A stretch of 64,000 nucleotides of DNA, from positions 2,978,001 through 3,042,000 of the forward strand of contig CM052817.1 in assembly GCA_028534125.1 (NCBI GenBank). Reading direction: 5' to 3'. Below are positions 1-10,500 of this stretch, one piece after another. Made by a program: the position numbers and the translations under genes. This DNA is from Lama glama. Lineage: Eukaryota. The notes beneath the pieces are model-generated. The model was not told the origin of the DNA. It was given only the letters and a program-made list of their open reading frames with translations, and did no database searches. Positions within the stretch are counted from its first letter, which is position 1. Every line of letters begins with the position of its first letter.

Positions 1-1336
1 GGGAGGAACAAGGGGGGCCCGGCAGGCCCGGCCCGAGCGCCTCGTCCGGCTGCTGTCTCTCCAGCTCGCGTCTGTTTCATGTGTCAGAGTTCACGGAGAT
101 TTCCTGTGACGAGGGGGCTCCTCTGCTAAAGCAAGTCTGAGAACCCTGACCTTGACGTTGTAAAAGGCCCTTCCTGACCCCCGTTGGCAAACAAGTGCCC
201 GAGGCAGGTCCCCAGCAGACGCCCTCCCTCCGGTGTGGCCTGTGCAGGTGTCTTCCGTGTCCTCACTGAGCTCATGAGGACCGCCCCCCAGATGAAAGGC
301 GCCTGGCTCAATCGGCACCCTTTGCTCAGAAGCAAGTCTTACTGGAGCGGGTGGGTAGGCGGGTGGGCGGCTCTGTGCACAGCGCCCGCCGCACCTTTGG
401 ATGCTCGGTCCTCGGTCCTGTGTCCTATACACACACGTGGCCCTGTGAACACAGAGGGATGTGACCCGCTGCCCCTCTGAGCCCTCTCGGCGGCTCCCTG
501 GGCCAGCGCTGTGGGCTGTCGCCTGAGCTGCTGCGGCCCCCTGCTCTTTACCGGCCCCCAGGCCACAGGAGGACAGCTAGTTCAGGCACTGGGACAGGCC
601 TCCTCGGGGTGCTTCCCCCACCCCGGGGGGCATCCCCTGCCCCTCCAGGGGGGCCAGACTCTGCCACTTGCCCTCCTCTCCAGGATGCATCCCACACTCA
701 CCTCTGAGCCAGGAGCACCCCCCTGCTCTCCAGGCGTGGCACCAAAGAAGTTCATGGGTGGTCTCAAAGCCTGGGGCCATCCCCAGGGCAGCCAGGGACG
801 TGAGCAGTAGAGGTGCACCGGGTGTGAGATTCCCTCGGGGAATCCAGGGCCCCGTGTCTCAGACCTGCACTTTTTACTGGGGGAAAAACTAGACACTAGG
901 ATTTTACTGTGAAATCCCCCAGATGCAAACAGGTCAAGAGTTTTTGAAAAATAGAGCAGTTTCCTGGCCCCCTCTGGTGGGGCTGGCCTCGGCCCCCCTG
1001 CCTGCGCGGGACTCCTTCCTCACTCTGTCCCCAGCTCTCCCCGTCTGCCGGGTGACCTGGTGACATGACGCCATGGCCCAAGGCTGCCGGAGGACACGGG
1101 TGCCTGCCGAGGCCAGGTCAGGCTCCTTGGCGGTCCTGGTGTCACGGGTGGGCCCAGGGATGTCACCTCCTTCCTGGCTCATCCTCAGTCAGCACCCTGG
1201 GGACAGAGGTCTCAGATGAGGCAGGGGTGCTCTTCCGGGCGTCACCCGCCTGCCCTGCTGGCCGGGGCAAGCCCCCGTCCGGCGCCTGGCCGAGCCCGGC
1301 TGCGTGCGTGACGGAGCTGTGCTGTGTCTGTTTCAG

Positions 1337-1398
1337 GGTTCCCCTATTCCAAGTCTGACCCTGTCCCTGGACATGGCAAGAATGGCTTGGACCACCGG
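1337..1398 (+). CDS. ABLIM2: ABLIM2 internal coding exon A (62 nt, phase 1 to 0), (R)FPYSKSDPVPGHGKNGLDHR
   Basis: Acceptor tgtctgtttcag| and donor CGG|gtaggt. The translation matches the recalled ABLIM2 segment RFPYSKSDPLPGHGKNGLDQR and is in frame with the downstream exons. Confidence 0.88.
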
Positions 1399-3169
1399 GT
1401 AGGTACTTGACCCCGCCCTGCACACCCTCCCCGGCTTGCGCATACTAACATCACCTTGAGCCTAGTGTGGTTCCCGCAGCTTCATGGCCACGCAGCCAGG
1501 AGGAGGGGCCCCGGGGACGCGCTGCTCCAGCCAGGGCCAGGCCACAACCCAGCAACACCCCTTCCTCCCCTCTGCTCCCAGCCGCCAGGCCCCAGGGAGA
1601 CCTCAGTGTGAGGGGGCTGGGGTGGTGGGATCCCCCGGAGGAATCAGACCCTCCACAAGGCCCTCCTAAGCATCCTTCTTCTGAGACCTCGAGTCTAATA
1701 AGGACCTTAAAAGATAGGGATGTTCCGTGAGCAATGTGAGCCCAGGGTCTTTTCCTGGAATTCCCCTGCCCCGCCCCCGGCTCCGTCATCACCACTGATG
1801 GTGTCCCAGCACTGTGACTGTCCCCAGAACCACCCCGAGGAGATGGCTTTCTCTGCCTGCTCCCAGCAGAAGGCTGCTTTGAACTTCTCTCCAGCTCCCC
1901 AGATCTCAGGACATGAGAACTCAATTCAAACATTCTGGTGCTGACTTGTCCCCCACATCTGGGCCTTCACGATGTCTGTCCCTCTTCCCACAGCTCTGCT
2001 AGGTCCCCAGTGAGGGCCCCTGGGGGGCAGGCATGATGGCACCGACCCCCCACACATAGAGCCCCTGGAGACTTGCCACCGCTGTGGCAGCCTCTTCCCA
2101 GTCAGAGGAAGTCTGTCCACATATCAAAGCAATTCATCCCCCAAGAGAAGCCACTCAAGTTTCTGTCCCCCTGTGTTGCCTTGGGGCAGTTATGGTGATG
2201 GGTGTCTAACGTGGGGGAACTCGAATCCAGGGTGCAGGCCACCAGCACATCCAAGAGCAGGCACCTGAGGGCTTTTGTCCGTCTCCCTCGGGCTCTGTGG
2301 GACCACTGCTGTGTCAGTCCCCGGCCCCGCGCCTCTGCGCGGTTTGCCCCTTGTGACCCCACCCATCCCACTAACTGTGCCTCCTGTTTGTTCTGGAATG
2401 GCCGAGTTGGAGCGGGCATGTAGCATGCTTCCCGGAATTCCCTTCTAAGGATTTCCCCACCCCTCATCTTCCAGGGAAAGCAGGGGCAGGAGAAAGTAGG
2501 ACCCACATCCCCAGGGCACCCACAGCCCCACGGAGTGTAGAACTTTCAGCTCAGCATGCAGGTCCTGAGGGCAGAGGGGGCCCGTCAGAGGGCCCTGTGC
2601 TCACCTGGTACCGCTGTTCTCTGGCTCGGGGGCCGTGTGCACTGTGGACACGGTCTGGGCCACGTCCACACCAAGGTGCACCACCCCCCAAGCCAGGTAC
2701 TGGGGTTTCTCTCAAAATGTGAAAGATAATTAAGAGAATAATTCAATTGAGAGATGCAAAGGCTCGTGCCTTCCGCGATGGGGTCGTGCATCCTCTTGGT
2801 TTACATGCTGGATGGACATGGGTGGGTGGCTCCCTGCACCTGCAGAGTGGCTGGCAGACACTCCAGCCCCGAGCGAGTCTGGGAACAGCTGATGCAGGCG
2901 CTCAGGCAGGGACACTGTCTTCCTCCCTTTGCAGCCTGGAGAGCCAGACCCCCTGGGAAGGTCTCTCCTGCCAGCCTCGGGGTGGGGAGCCAAGTGTTAG
3001 AAGCCTGGGTGACCTTCTATCCATCCTGGGGAGTCGATCAAGATGGAGTTTGTTGTCCCATGTAGATTTTTAGCTTTTCACGTTGCTTATCTGGGAGATT
3101 GGTGAAAATTACAGTTGACTTGTCTTTAGGACTCTTTTTCCTACTAACGTTCTTTTTTTTTAAGAGAAG

Positions 3170-3360
3170 TTTTTTTAAATTGAAGCATAGTCAGTTTAGA
3201 ACGTTGTGTAGACTTTTGGCGTACAGCACGTTTGTTCAGTCATCCATGTATTCTTTCTCATTGTAGGCTGCTAAAAGATATTGAACATAGCTCCCTGAGC
3301 TGCACGGTGTAACTTTGTTTATCTATTTTATACGTAGTAGCTAGGATCTGCAAATCTCTC
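3170..3360 (-). mobile_element. LINE-1 3' end fragment (artiodactyl/camelid type)
   Basis: T-rich tail followed by aattgaagcatagtcagttt...aagatattgaacatagctccctg; the same family sequence recurs at 26500, 41190, 43565 and 56130. Confidence 0.75.
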
Positions 3361-4099
3361 CTGTTTTTTCCTTCACTCTCTGTAAGACTCTTGCGTAACT
3401 TGATGCCTGTCTCTCCCTGGAGGGCCGGACCACTGACGGCCAGGCTGTTACAGCTCAGCCACGTCAGCACGCGGGCCTTCCCCGGAGGTCCCCTGGGGGA
3501 CATGTCCACTCACTGATGTGCATGGCCAGCAGGGCTCCTCCGAGTCACGTGTTAAGTTGTTTCTGGGTTTATTTTCACTTTCAGAAAGGATCCGAGGTGA
3601 GCTAAAGTAAGGGCAAAGAGGCAGTGTGACCAAAAACCCCAGAACACCAAGTCCCAAAGACGGAGAGGAGATTTTGTCAGAAGCACACGAACGAGCACTG
3701 GGCGGGAAAACTATTGAAGCTGAGCTGAGCGCCTGATGGCCGGGGCTTAGGGATAGATGTGAGCCGTTGTATAGTTCTCACTGTCACGTGGAAGGAAGGA
3801 AGTCGGGAAACTGGGGGAGGCAGAGGTGGGCCTGACTCCTGTCCTGGGAGGGACTTGCCACAAGCGCAAGCACTGTGAGTCCCAAACCTTGTCAGGGTGT
3901 CCTGCTAATGCACCTGCCGCAGAGCCTGCCACCTGGTAGATGTTCACACCTCTCTGTGGAATAAACAGGGAAACAACCACCTACTAAAGGCTCTTCTGGG
4001 ATGAGACGGCACTGGTCACACATTTACCACCTGGCCTGCTAGTCAGAGAGTGACCCCTGTCCACTGACAGATCCTTGTGGTGGTCCCTTGGAAAGAGAC

Positions 4100-4720
4100 T
4101 CGTTTTGAAAAACCCTGATGCTAAGTAAGAACGGAATGAACTTTCCTACTAGAAGACAAAGGCTGTCAGATTAGATTAATTAAGGAAAAAAAAGAAAAAC
4201 ATGTGTCATCACAAAATAGACACAAATTTTTTTCCAGTAGATTGGAAGTCAAAGGATGGGGAAGACATACCAGAATCACAAGTAGAAAGAAAGCATGAGT
4301 GGCGATGCTAATATCAGAGAAGGTGGAAACTGAGGTGAAAGCGAATTAGGATTAGTGGTACAAAGAGGGAACACCGGCTCATGATGGCACAAGTTACAAA
4401 GCAGCTACAGCATTCATGAATTTACGCGTACCAGGCAACGTGGCAGTGCCAGAGACCTTGATCAAATGTGCGTGTGGCAGGCGATTTGAATATGACTCTT
4501 GAAATCAACATGGATCTAGTGAAAGAAAAAATGCAGAGAGCAATGGAATAGTGCAAGCAGCAAACTCAATCTAGTTGATATATGAAAGAAATGCGTATCT
4601 TTTGAATCAGGTTGTCACATGTCCATGAAACATTTATAAAAATGTTTATGTATGTCGCTACAAAGAAAAGCTTAACAAGTTTTTAAAGTCTGATGTTTTC
4701 CAACTGTAATGCTGGAAGGA
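4100..4720 (+). mobile_element. Old degenerate LINE-1 ORF2 (endonuclease-region) fragment
   Basis: A-rich island in GC-rich DNA with L1 ORF2-like phrases (agacaaaggctgtcagattagatt; agaaagcatgagtggcgatgctaatatcaga). No intact frame. Confidence 0.6.
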
Positions 4721-4724
4721 ACAC

Positions 4725-4900
4725 ATGCATTAGCCTCAGGCCACCCTGAGTTCAAATCTCAGCTCTGCCACTTACTGGGTGTGTGTTTGGGTAAGTTACT
4801 TAAATTGTCTGAGTCTCTGTTTCCTGGTCTTTAAAAAACAAATTAGCCTTCCCTCTTAAGGATACTCTGAGGTAACATTATGGTTGTGAAATCTTTTTGT
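4725..4900 (+). mobile_element. MIR SINE
   Basis: MIR core: ctgagttcaaatctcagctctgccacttactgg...ggtaagttacttaaattgtctgagtctctgtttcc. Confidence 0.75.
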
Positions 4901-5104
4901 AAGTTCTGTATATAGTGTAGTTCCCCAGTGAACTCTCTACCCCTTCTTACTTCCACGTCAGTGTCTACTGAGTGTGATTGCGCCCTCCAATGCGAGCTTT
5001 GCAAGGGAAGAACAGTAGTCAGTGGCAAAGGGCCACAATTTATTCTCACTATTGGCACTCCCAGTATGATTTTTGAAAAGTAAAATACATGAGTTAAAAT
5101 TTTC

Positions 5105-5225
5105 ACAGTTCCATGTGTTAGCTGTGGGATCTTAGGTAAGTTACTTAACCTCTCTGAGCTTCAGCCATAAAATGGCAATAATAATGCCCTCCTCCTGAGG
5201 TTGCAGGGGAGATTAGTAAAGGTGT
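5105..5225 (+). mobile_element. MIR SINE fragment
   Basis: tagctgtgggatcttaggtaagttacttaacctctctgagcttcag...aaaatggcaataataat. Confidence 0.7.
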
Positions 5226-7073
5226 CTGCTGGTGCTGCCTTTGTGGGGCTTCCCTATCCACTTAGCTCTCCTCCCAGCCCACACATGGAAGCAGTGGCCC
5301 AAGGCTCCCTTGCACCAAAAAGGTCCTGAAGACCCCACTCTGACTTGGCACTTGGAAGACCAGCAGCAGACTGCTCTCTCCCTGGTCTCTACTGACACGG
5401 TGCGCCGTCTCCACCCAGAAGATGCCCCCACCCTCCCTCCATCTCGTCTTAGAGCCTGGCAGGTCAGAGGAAGCTGGTTCTGCTGCTAGGAAGTGAGTTT
5501 CCAACTGCCCGAGGTGGCTGTGGGGACCCGGGAGTTTTGACAGCCTGTGATGCAGAACAGTGGGCACAAGGGGGCAGCATTTCTCTTTCATATCGTGAAC
5601 AGGCCAGGTGGACGAAGGCTGGTGGGTGGCAGGTTTGCCTTGCTTTATGCAGGAGGTTGCCTAACCAGACAGGTGCACGGGGAGGGTGGGGGAGTGCGTG
5701 TCAGTGGCCTGAGAAAATATCTACAAAAATTGCTTTTGAAAACTCCCAAGGAGAATTGTTCTGGGGGTGAAGGAGGTGCAATGTCCCACCCCCTGCCCCG
5801 GGTCCCAGGGCTGGGACTACGCTGAGGCACACGAGGCACTGGCTAAAGGACTCAGTAATCCAGATAAAATTCTAATGCAATGTTTTTTAAAGTCCAAATT
5901 AATGAAAAAATCAATGATGGACAAAGTATCAAAAATGTAAAGTCTGGCTCCAACCCTCCACCTACCCCTCTCCCCACCCTAGTCCCAGCATCTCTGGCCG
6001 CAGTTTCCCTATTTAGGATGAAGGGCTTTGGGCTCGGTGCTTCCTGAGGCCCCGTCTGCCCCACACTCACTGGGACTAAGACCAGCTCCTCCTTTACCTC
6101 TCATCACAGTATATTTGTGCTGAAAGCCCTTTTCCCTGTAACAAAACCAAAGTGACGCATATAATCTCCCCATTAACTGCAGAACACTCTGCACTGAAAT
6201 TTAACCCCTGTACCCAATTTCAGAAACGCTGGCCAAGAGCCCCGACCCCCTCTCAGATGCTGTACCAGGTGGCAGGGATACAGGCACGAATAAAACATTT
6301 TTCTCCACTATGGGTAGCAGCAAAGCATGACTCAAGGTGCAAACACAGGTGCAATTTTGGATAGGAGAGGGACCCACTAACCTTGCAGGGCTCAGCACCT
6401 GCTTTACGGGGTGGGAACCCTCCGTAGAAGCTTGTAGGATGACTTTTTCAGGTGGGCAGGAAGGAAAGAGAATTCCAGACATTAATAGTCATGATGCACT
6501 AAAATGGCAAAGTTTGCTGATGACGCTGTGGACAAGTGAGGGGGGCATCTGAGATGGGTGGTGGGGCTCCCAGGTCCACAGCGCCACAGAGTGCCACCCC
6601 CTGAGTGTCACCATCAGTCACAGCCACGCTGTGAGTGCTCATGACACTCAGGGTCTGCGCCGGGGACTTTACAGACACCGGCCACCCGAGCACCTGGGGA
6701 TGGCGCGTCTGGAGGGAGCAGGGGCCCTGTGGAACGGCTTCAGCACTGTGCCAGGGCCTAGCCTTCATCCGCCTAGTCCAGGCCAGCTGCGGAGCCCAGG
6801 GGCTGCGCTCCTGGGAGCTGTCTTCACAGCGGGTAGGAGCTCCCTGGACAGGCAGGGCCAGCAGAGTGTGGAAGGCGGCAGCAGGCATGTAAGCAAAGCT
6901 GCCCATCAGAAGCCAGCAGCCCCGGGGGAGTGTGGCCGTGCACACGGCCCTTCCAGGCCGGGCCTCAGCAGGCCCTGGGGGCTGACCCTCCTCCCTGGCC
7001 AGGCTGTCGGGACCCCAGCAACCGCCTGCCCCCTGCAACCTGCCCCCTGCCGCCCTCTCTCTTTCTCTTCCAG

Positions 7074-7128
7074 AATGCCAATCTGGCCCCTTGTGGAGCA
7101 GACCCGGATGCCAGCTGGGGCACACGAG
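7074..7128 (+). CDS. ABLIM2: ABLIM2 internal coding exon B (55 nt, phase 0 to 1), NANLAPCGADPDASWGTR+G
   Basis: Long pyrimidine tract ctctctctttctcttccag| and donor GAG|gtacag. The peptide matches the recalled ABLIM2 NANLAPCGADPDASWGMR. Confidence 0.9.
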
Positions 7129-8495
7129 GTACAGGAAGCGGGGACCTGGTGGGTCTCTGGCTGGGGCAGGGGTCACTAACATGTTTCCACAAATCTCATT
7201 CTGAAACCTCCCCTCCAAGGCAGCTGGCAGAAGCCTCCAAGCGTCGTGGTGTGGGGGAGTCTGGGGGAGCTCACCTCCCTGCTTCTTCCAGCCAAGGGTC
7301 CCCCTCCATTCTCACCTTACCTGAGATGCTCCCCTGTCTCCCAAGTCCGGTGCTCCCCGTGTCCCACCCCAGGTGCCTACCTGCCTCCATCCTCCAGCAC
7401 AGCCGACCCTATCCTGACTTGCTTGTCACTCCGGGTCACCGGGGGAGAGATCTGTGTTTGAATAACTGTCCCACGCCAGGGCCGAGGCCAAGCCAACACC
7501 CACTCTTAAATTCCGCGGTGATAAGGGAGGCAGAGCCACAGTGAGAGGCCCGGGATCTGAGCCAACCCAAGCTGGGCCAGATCCTCCCCCCAGCCCTGCT
7601 CGCTATGCGGCCTCCCTGGGCTTCACACCAGCAGGGCTGCCCGCAGGGAGGCTGGTGTTACTAGCGTGACCCGATCACGTGGCAGGTGCCTGCCTGAAGG
7701 CTCTGCCAGCCCTGAGCCGCCGGACCCCGCGATGCTCTCTCACTGTTGTCCCTGAGAATGGCGGGGGCCTGCTCTCATGGGCTGGTTCACACTGGATGTC
7801 AGAGTTGGGGTCGGGGGGTGTCGCAGCCTATTCCCCCTGGCCAACCAGGTCTCTGGGCTCGGAGCTGGCGCAGCCAGCACCCCACATGCCACGTGGGGAC
7901 ATCCAGGGGCCCAATGTCCAAGCCCCACTCCAGGGTCTCCCTCCCGAGCCGGGCTTGCGGCCAGGATCCCGAGACACCGGTGTGTGGGCTCTGCGCGCTC
8001 ATGAGGCCTCTCGTCCGCACAACTTTATTTCTTAACGAGCTGCTGTTAGTCTGGAAGAAAAGCTTTTTTTAAAGCTAGCGTGCAGAGCTCTGTGTTTAAA
8101 AGGAGGAGCTAAAGGGTGAAGAAGGTAAGACAGTAAGAGGCTGGGGGCTTGGACCCCAGCGAGGCTGCCAGTCTCCACAGGGGGGCGGTGGGAAACCAAG
8201 ACAGCCCGGACCACCGGGGAAACAGCATCACAGCCGGGAACACACAGGGCCACGTCCGGCTCCCAGTCTGGCCTCCAGCCTCCTGACCATGCCTCCTGCT
8301 CCTGGCTTCCCGCGGGAGACCCTCAGAGCCCAGCCCCGCCGAGGATTAGGGTCTCTTGCAGGCTGCTGCGGGGATCGGGGACGGCATGGCCCGGCCGACC
8401 GCAGGGCGGGGGCTGCAGGGTGGGGCTGCGTCCACCGTCGGGACGGTTCCTGCGCGTTCTAACCCGGCCCGTGTGGTCTCCGCTCTCTCTTACAG

Positions 8496-8503
8496 AATAC
8501 AAG
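8496..8503 (+). CDS. ABLIM2: ABLIM2 8-nt coding microexon C (AATACAAG; completes E-Y-K; phase 1 to 0)
   Basis: Branch-like ttctaac at 8457-8463, pyrimidine tract ctctctcttacag|, strong donor AAG|gtaaga. It is needed to join exon B (phase 1) to the 8707 exon (phase 0), giving ...WGTR-EYK-IYPYD. Confidence 0.88.
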
Positions 8504-8706
8504 GTAAGAGGGCCGCCGGGCCCGCGCCGCCCGCTGCTGCCGCGCCCACCTGCCCAGGGTAACAGTCCCCTTTGTTGTGCTTTCCCCACGAAATGTGTGT
8601 GTCAGACGCAGACGCAAGTAGGTACCTCTCCGTTGGCCTCAGGCTCAGCCCCGTCCCGGCACCCGCTCGCTGCCCGGCGTGAGCCCGTGCCTCCTTCTCC
8701 CCGCAG

Positions 8707-8787
8707 ATCTACCCCTATGACGCCCTCATCGTCACCAACCGGATTCGCGTGAAGCTGCCCAAGGACGTGGACCGGACGAGGCTGGAG
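8707..8787 (+). CDS. ABLIM2: ABLIM2 penultimate coding exon (81 nt), [28 protein letters not shown]-terminal part of the villin headpiece domain
   Basis: Acceptor ccttctccccgcag| and donor GAG|gtgagg. Contains the headpiece motif [12 protein letters not shown] typical of ABLIM proteins. Confidence 0.97.
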
Positions 8788-9078
8788 GTGAGGGGGCCCC
8801 TGGGGTGAAGGGTCACTTCTGCCGAGCAAGTCTCTGCTGGGGCCTCGCCCACGGGGTGCACACCCATCGCCCGTGATGTCCCCGCGGGGACCGCGCAGGG
8901 CTCGGAGACGAGGACCCGCGTGGTTTCAAAGGCTGGAGAACATGGTTATGTGCCCATCAAAGATGGCTTTGCAAAGAGGATCACAGCTGCTTGCTGTTGG
9001 GGGCAGGAAGCCTTTGTAACGAGGCCGAACGTGGTGATGTTCGCCTGGGCACTGACGTTGAGAACACCGGCACGGTTG

Positions 9079-9690
9079 TGTTAGCGGATGGAGGGACCCC
9101 TAAATTAGGAGGCCCACCAAAGTGTGGGTTCTTGCCTGCTGGCTGGAAAGAATTCACAGCTGAGGCAGAGGGACAGGGCGAGACTGCTTTTATTTCTCTA
9201 AAGAGGAAAAGGAAGGAAAGAGCTCGAGCAGGGAGAAGGGAAGAAAAAGCACCTGGGCGAGGAGGAGGTGCCGGAGAGGGGAGCCGTCGGCCAGGTGGGC
9301 GGCGGGGACGGCCAGCCCGGGTCAGGCCGCTGGACTTTGTGAGAGGCTTCCACCCTCGCGTCCTCGTTCCGGGTGTGATGCAGCCAATCAGCCCTTGCTC
9401 GGATGTTCTAGTTTTGGTGTAGGCTTTTCCGGCTGCTGTCATGGCAATTGTCAGCTGTCACAATGCTGGTGGGCGTGTCACTTAGCGTGCCGATGTGTTA
9501 CAGTGAGCGCATGACGAGGCTCGAGGTCCACTGGAAGTCGGATCCCCTGCCATCTGGGACTGCGTGGGCTCTAGCCAGTCCTTGTTCCCGCAGCTGCCTC
9601 CTGAGCCTTAGATAAGGGTAGCTGGTTTCTAGTTGAGGGAGGGGCAGCGGTATGATCCTGGGGGCAACAGCCTTGGTCACAAAAGGGACA
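9079..9690 (-). mobile_element. Solo LTR, ERV1-like, with 4-bp target site duplication
   Basis: TG (9079) ... CA (9690) termini flanked on both sides by GTTG (9075-9078, 9691-9694); minus-strand AATAAA (TTTATT 9189-9194). Confidence 0.75.
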
Positions 9691-9865
9691 GTTGGTTTTA
9701 ATCACAATGCTTGCCATCTGGTGGACCCGCATCTGCCCAGAAACCGTCTCCAGAGATTCTATTCAGCCGTGAAGGCTTGGGTTAGGTGGCCAGAGTCCTT
9801 GCCATCCCCCAGGGCCTGCAGGCTTCTCCCATCAGCTGCTCGGGCCTGCTCTTCTCTGACGCGGC

Positions 9866-10500
9866 TGATGCAGGAAACTGGATGTGGGGCGTGAGCAGGG
9901 CCGTGTCCCAGGCCTTGGCTGAGCCTCTGGGGCGTGCCCGCCAGGTGTGGGGCCTTGGCTTCGCGCAGGAAAGAACTGAAGCACGAGCCACCGCTGAGTA
10001 AAGGTAGGTTTATTTAGAGAGATACACACTGCACAGAGTGTAAGGCCAGAGAAAGGCCAGGAAGGAGGTGCAGGAATCGGGTGCTCAGGTTAGAGTAAAA
10101 CTAGGCACACACTCCATAGACAGAGCGCGGGTGTCTCTAAAGGGGAGACAGAGCGCCAAGGGCCGCTCGGCGTGGTGGTGTCACTTTTTATGGGCTTGGT
10201 AGCTGCACAGGCCTACAGGTGGGACCCTTCCAACTGCCCTGGGGGAGGGACTGGGAGTCCCAGGAATTGGGCCACCACCCATTCTTTGGCCTTTTTCGGT
10301 GAGCCTTGGGACTGTCATGGCGCCTGCGGGCGTGTTATTTGATCCCGCTGTTACAATGAGCATATAATGAAGCTCAAGGTCTACTAGGAGTCAAACCTCT
10401 TAATCCTCAGGGCCAACTAGGAGGTGAATCTTCCAGCATTTTTGTGTTAAATTGCTGTCATTCCTTGAGGGGCTGCCCTGCCCCCTTCCCTCCTGTCTCT
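9866..10500 (-). mobile_element. Second solo LTR, ERV1-like, related to the 9079-9690 element
   Basis: Shares blocks with the first LTR (gggcgtgt..., tgttaca.tgagc...ga.gctc.aggtc.act.g.agtc, gtgtggg..cttg...ggaaagaa); TTTATT at 10009-10014. TSD not resolved. Confidence 0.65.

Noticed and set aside
6499..7544. ORFs of 182-239 aa around exon B
   Set aside because: Only the 55-nt splice-bounded segment matches ABLIM2; the rest is GC-rich intron read-through.
9079..10500. A single compact provirus or TRIM bounded by two LTRs
   Set aside because: The units are only partly similar, the first has its own TSD, and no PBS, PPT or internal coding remnant was recognised in the ~175 bp between them.
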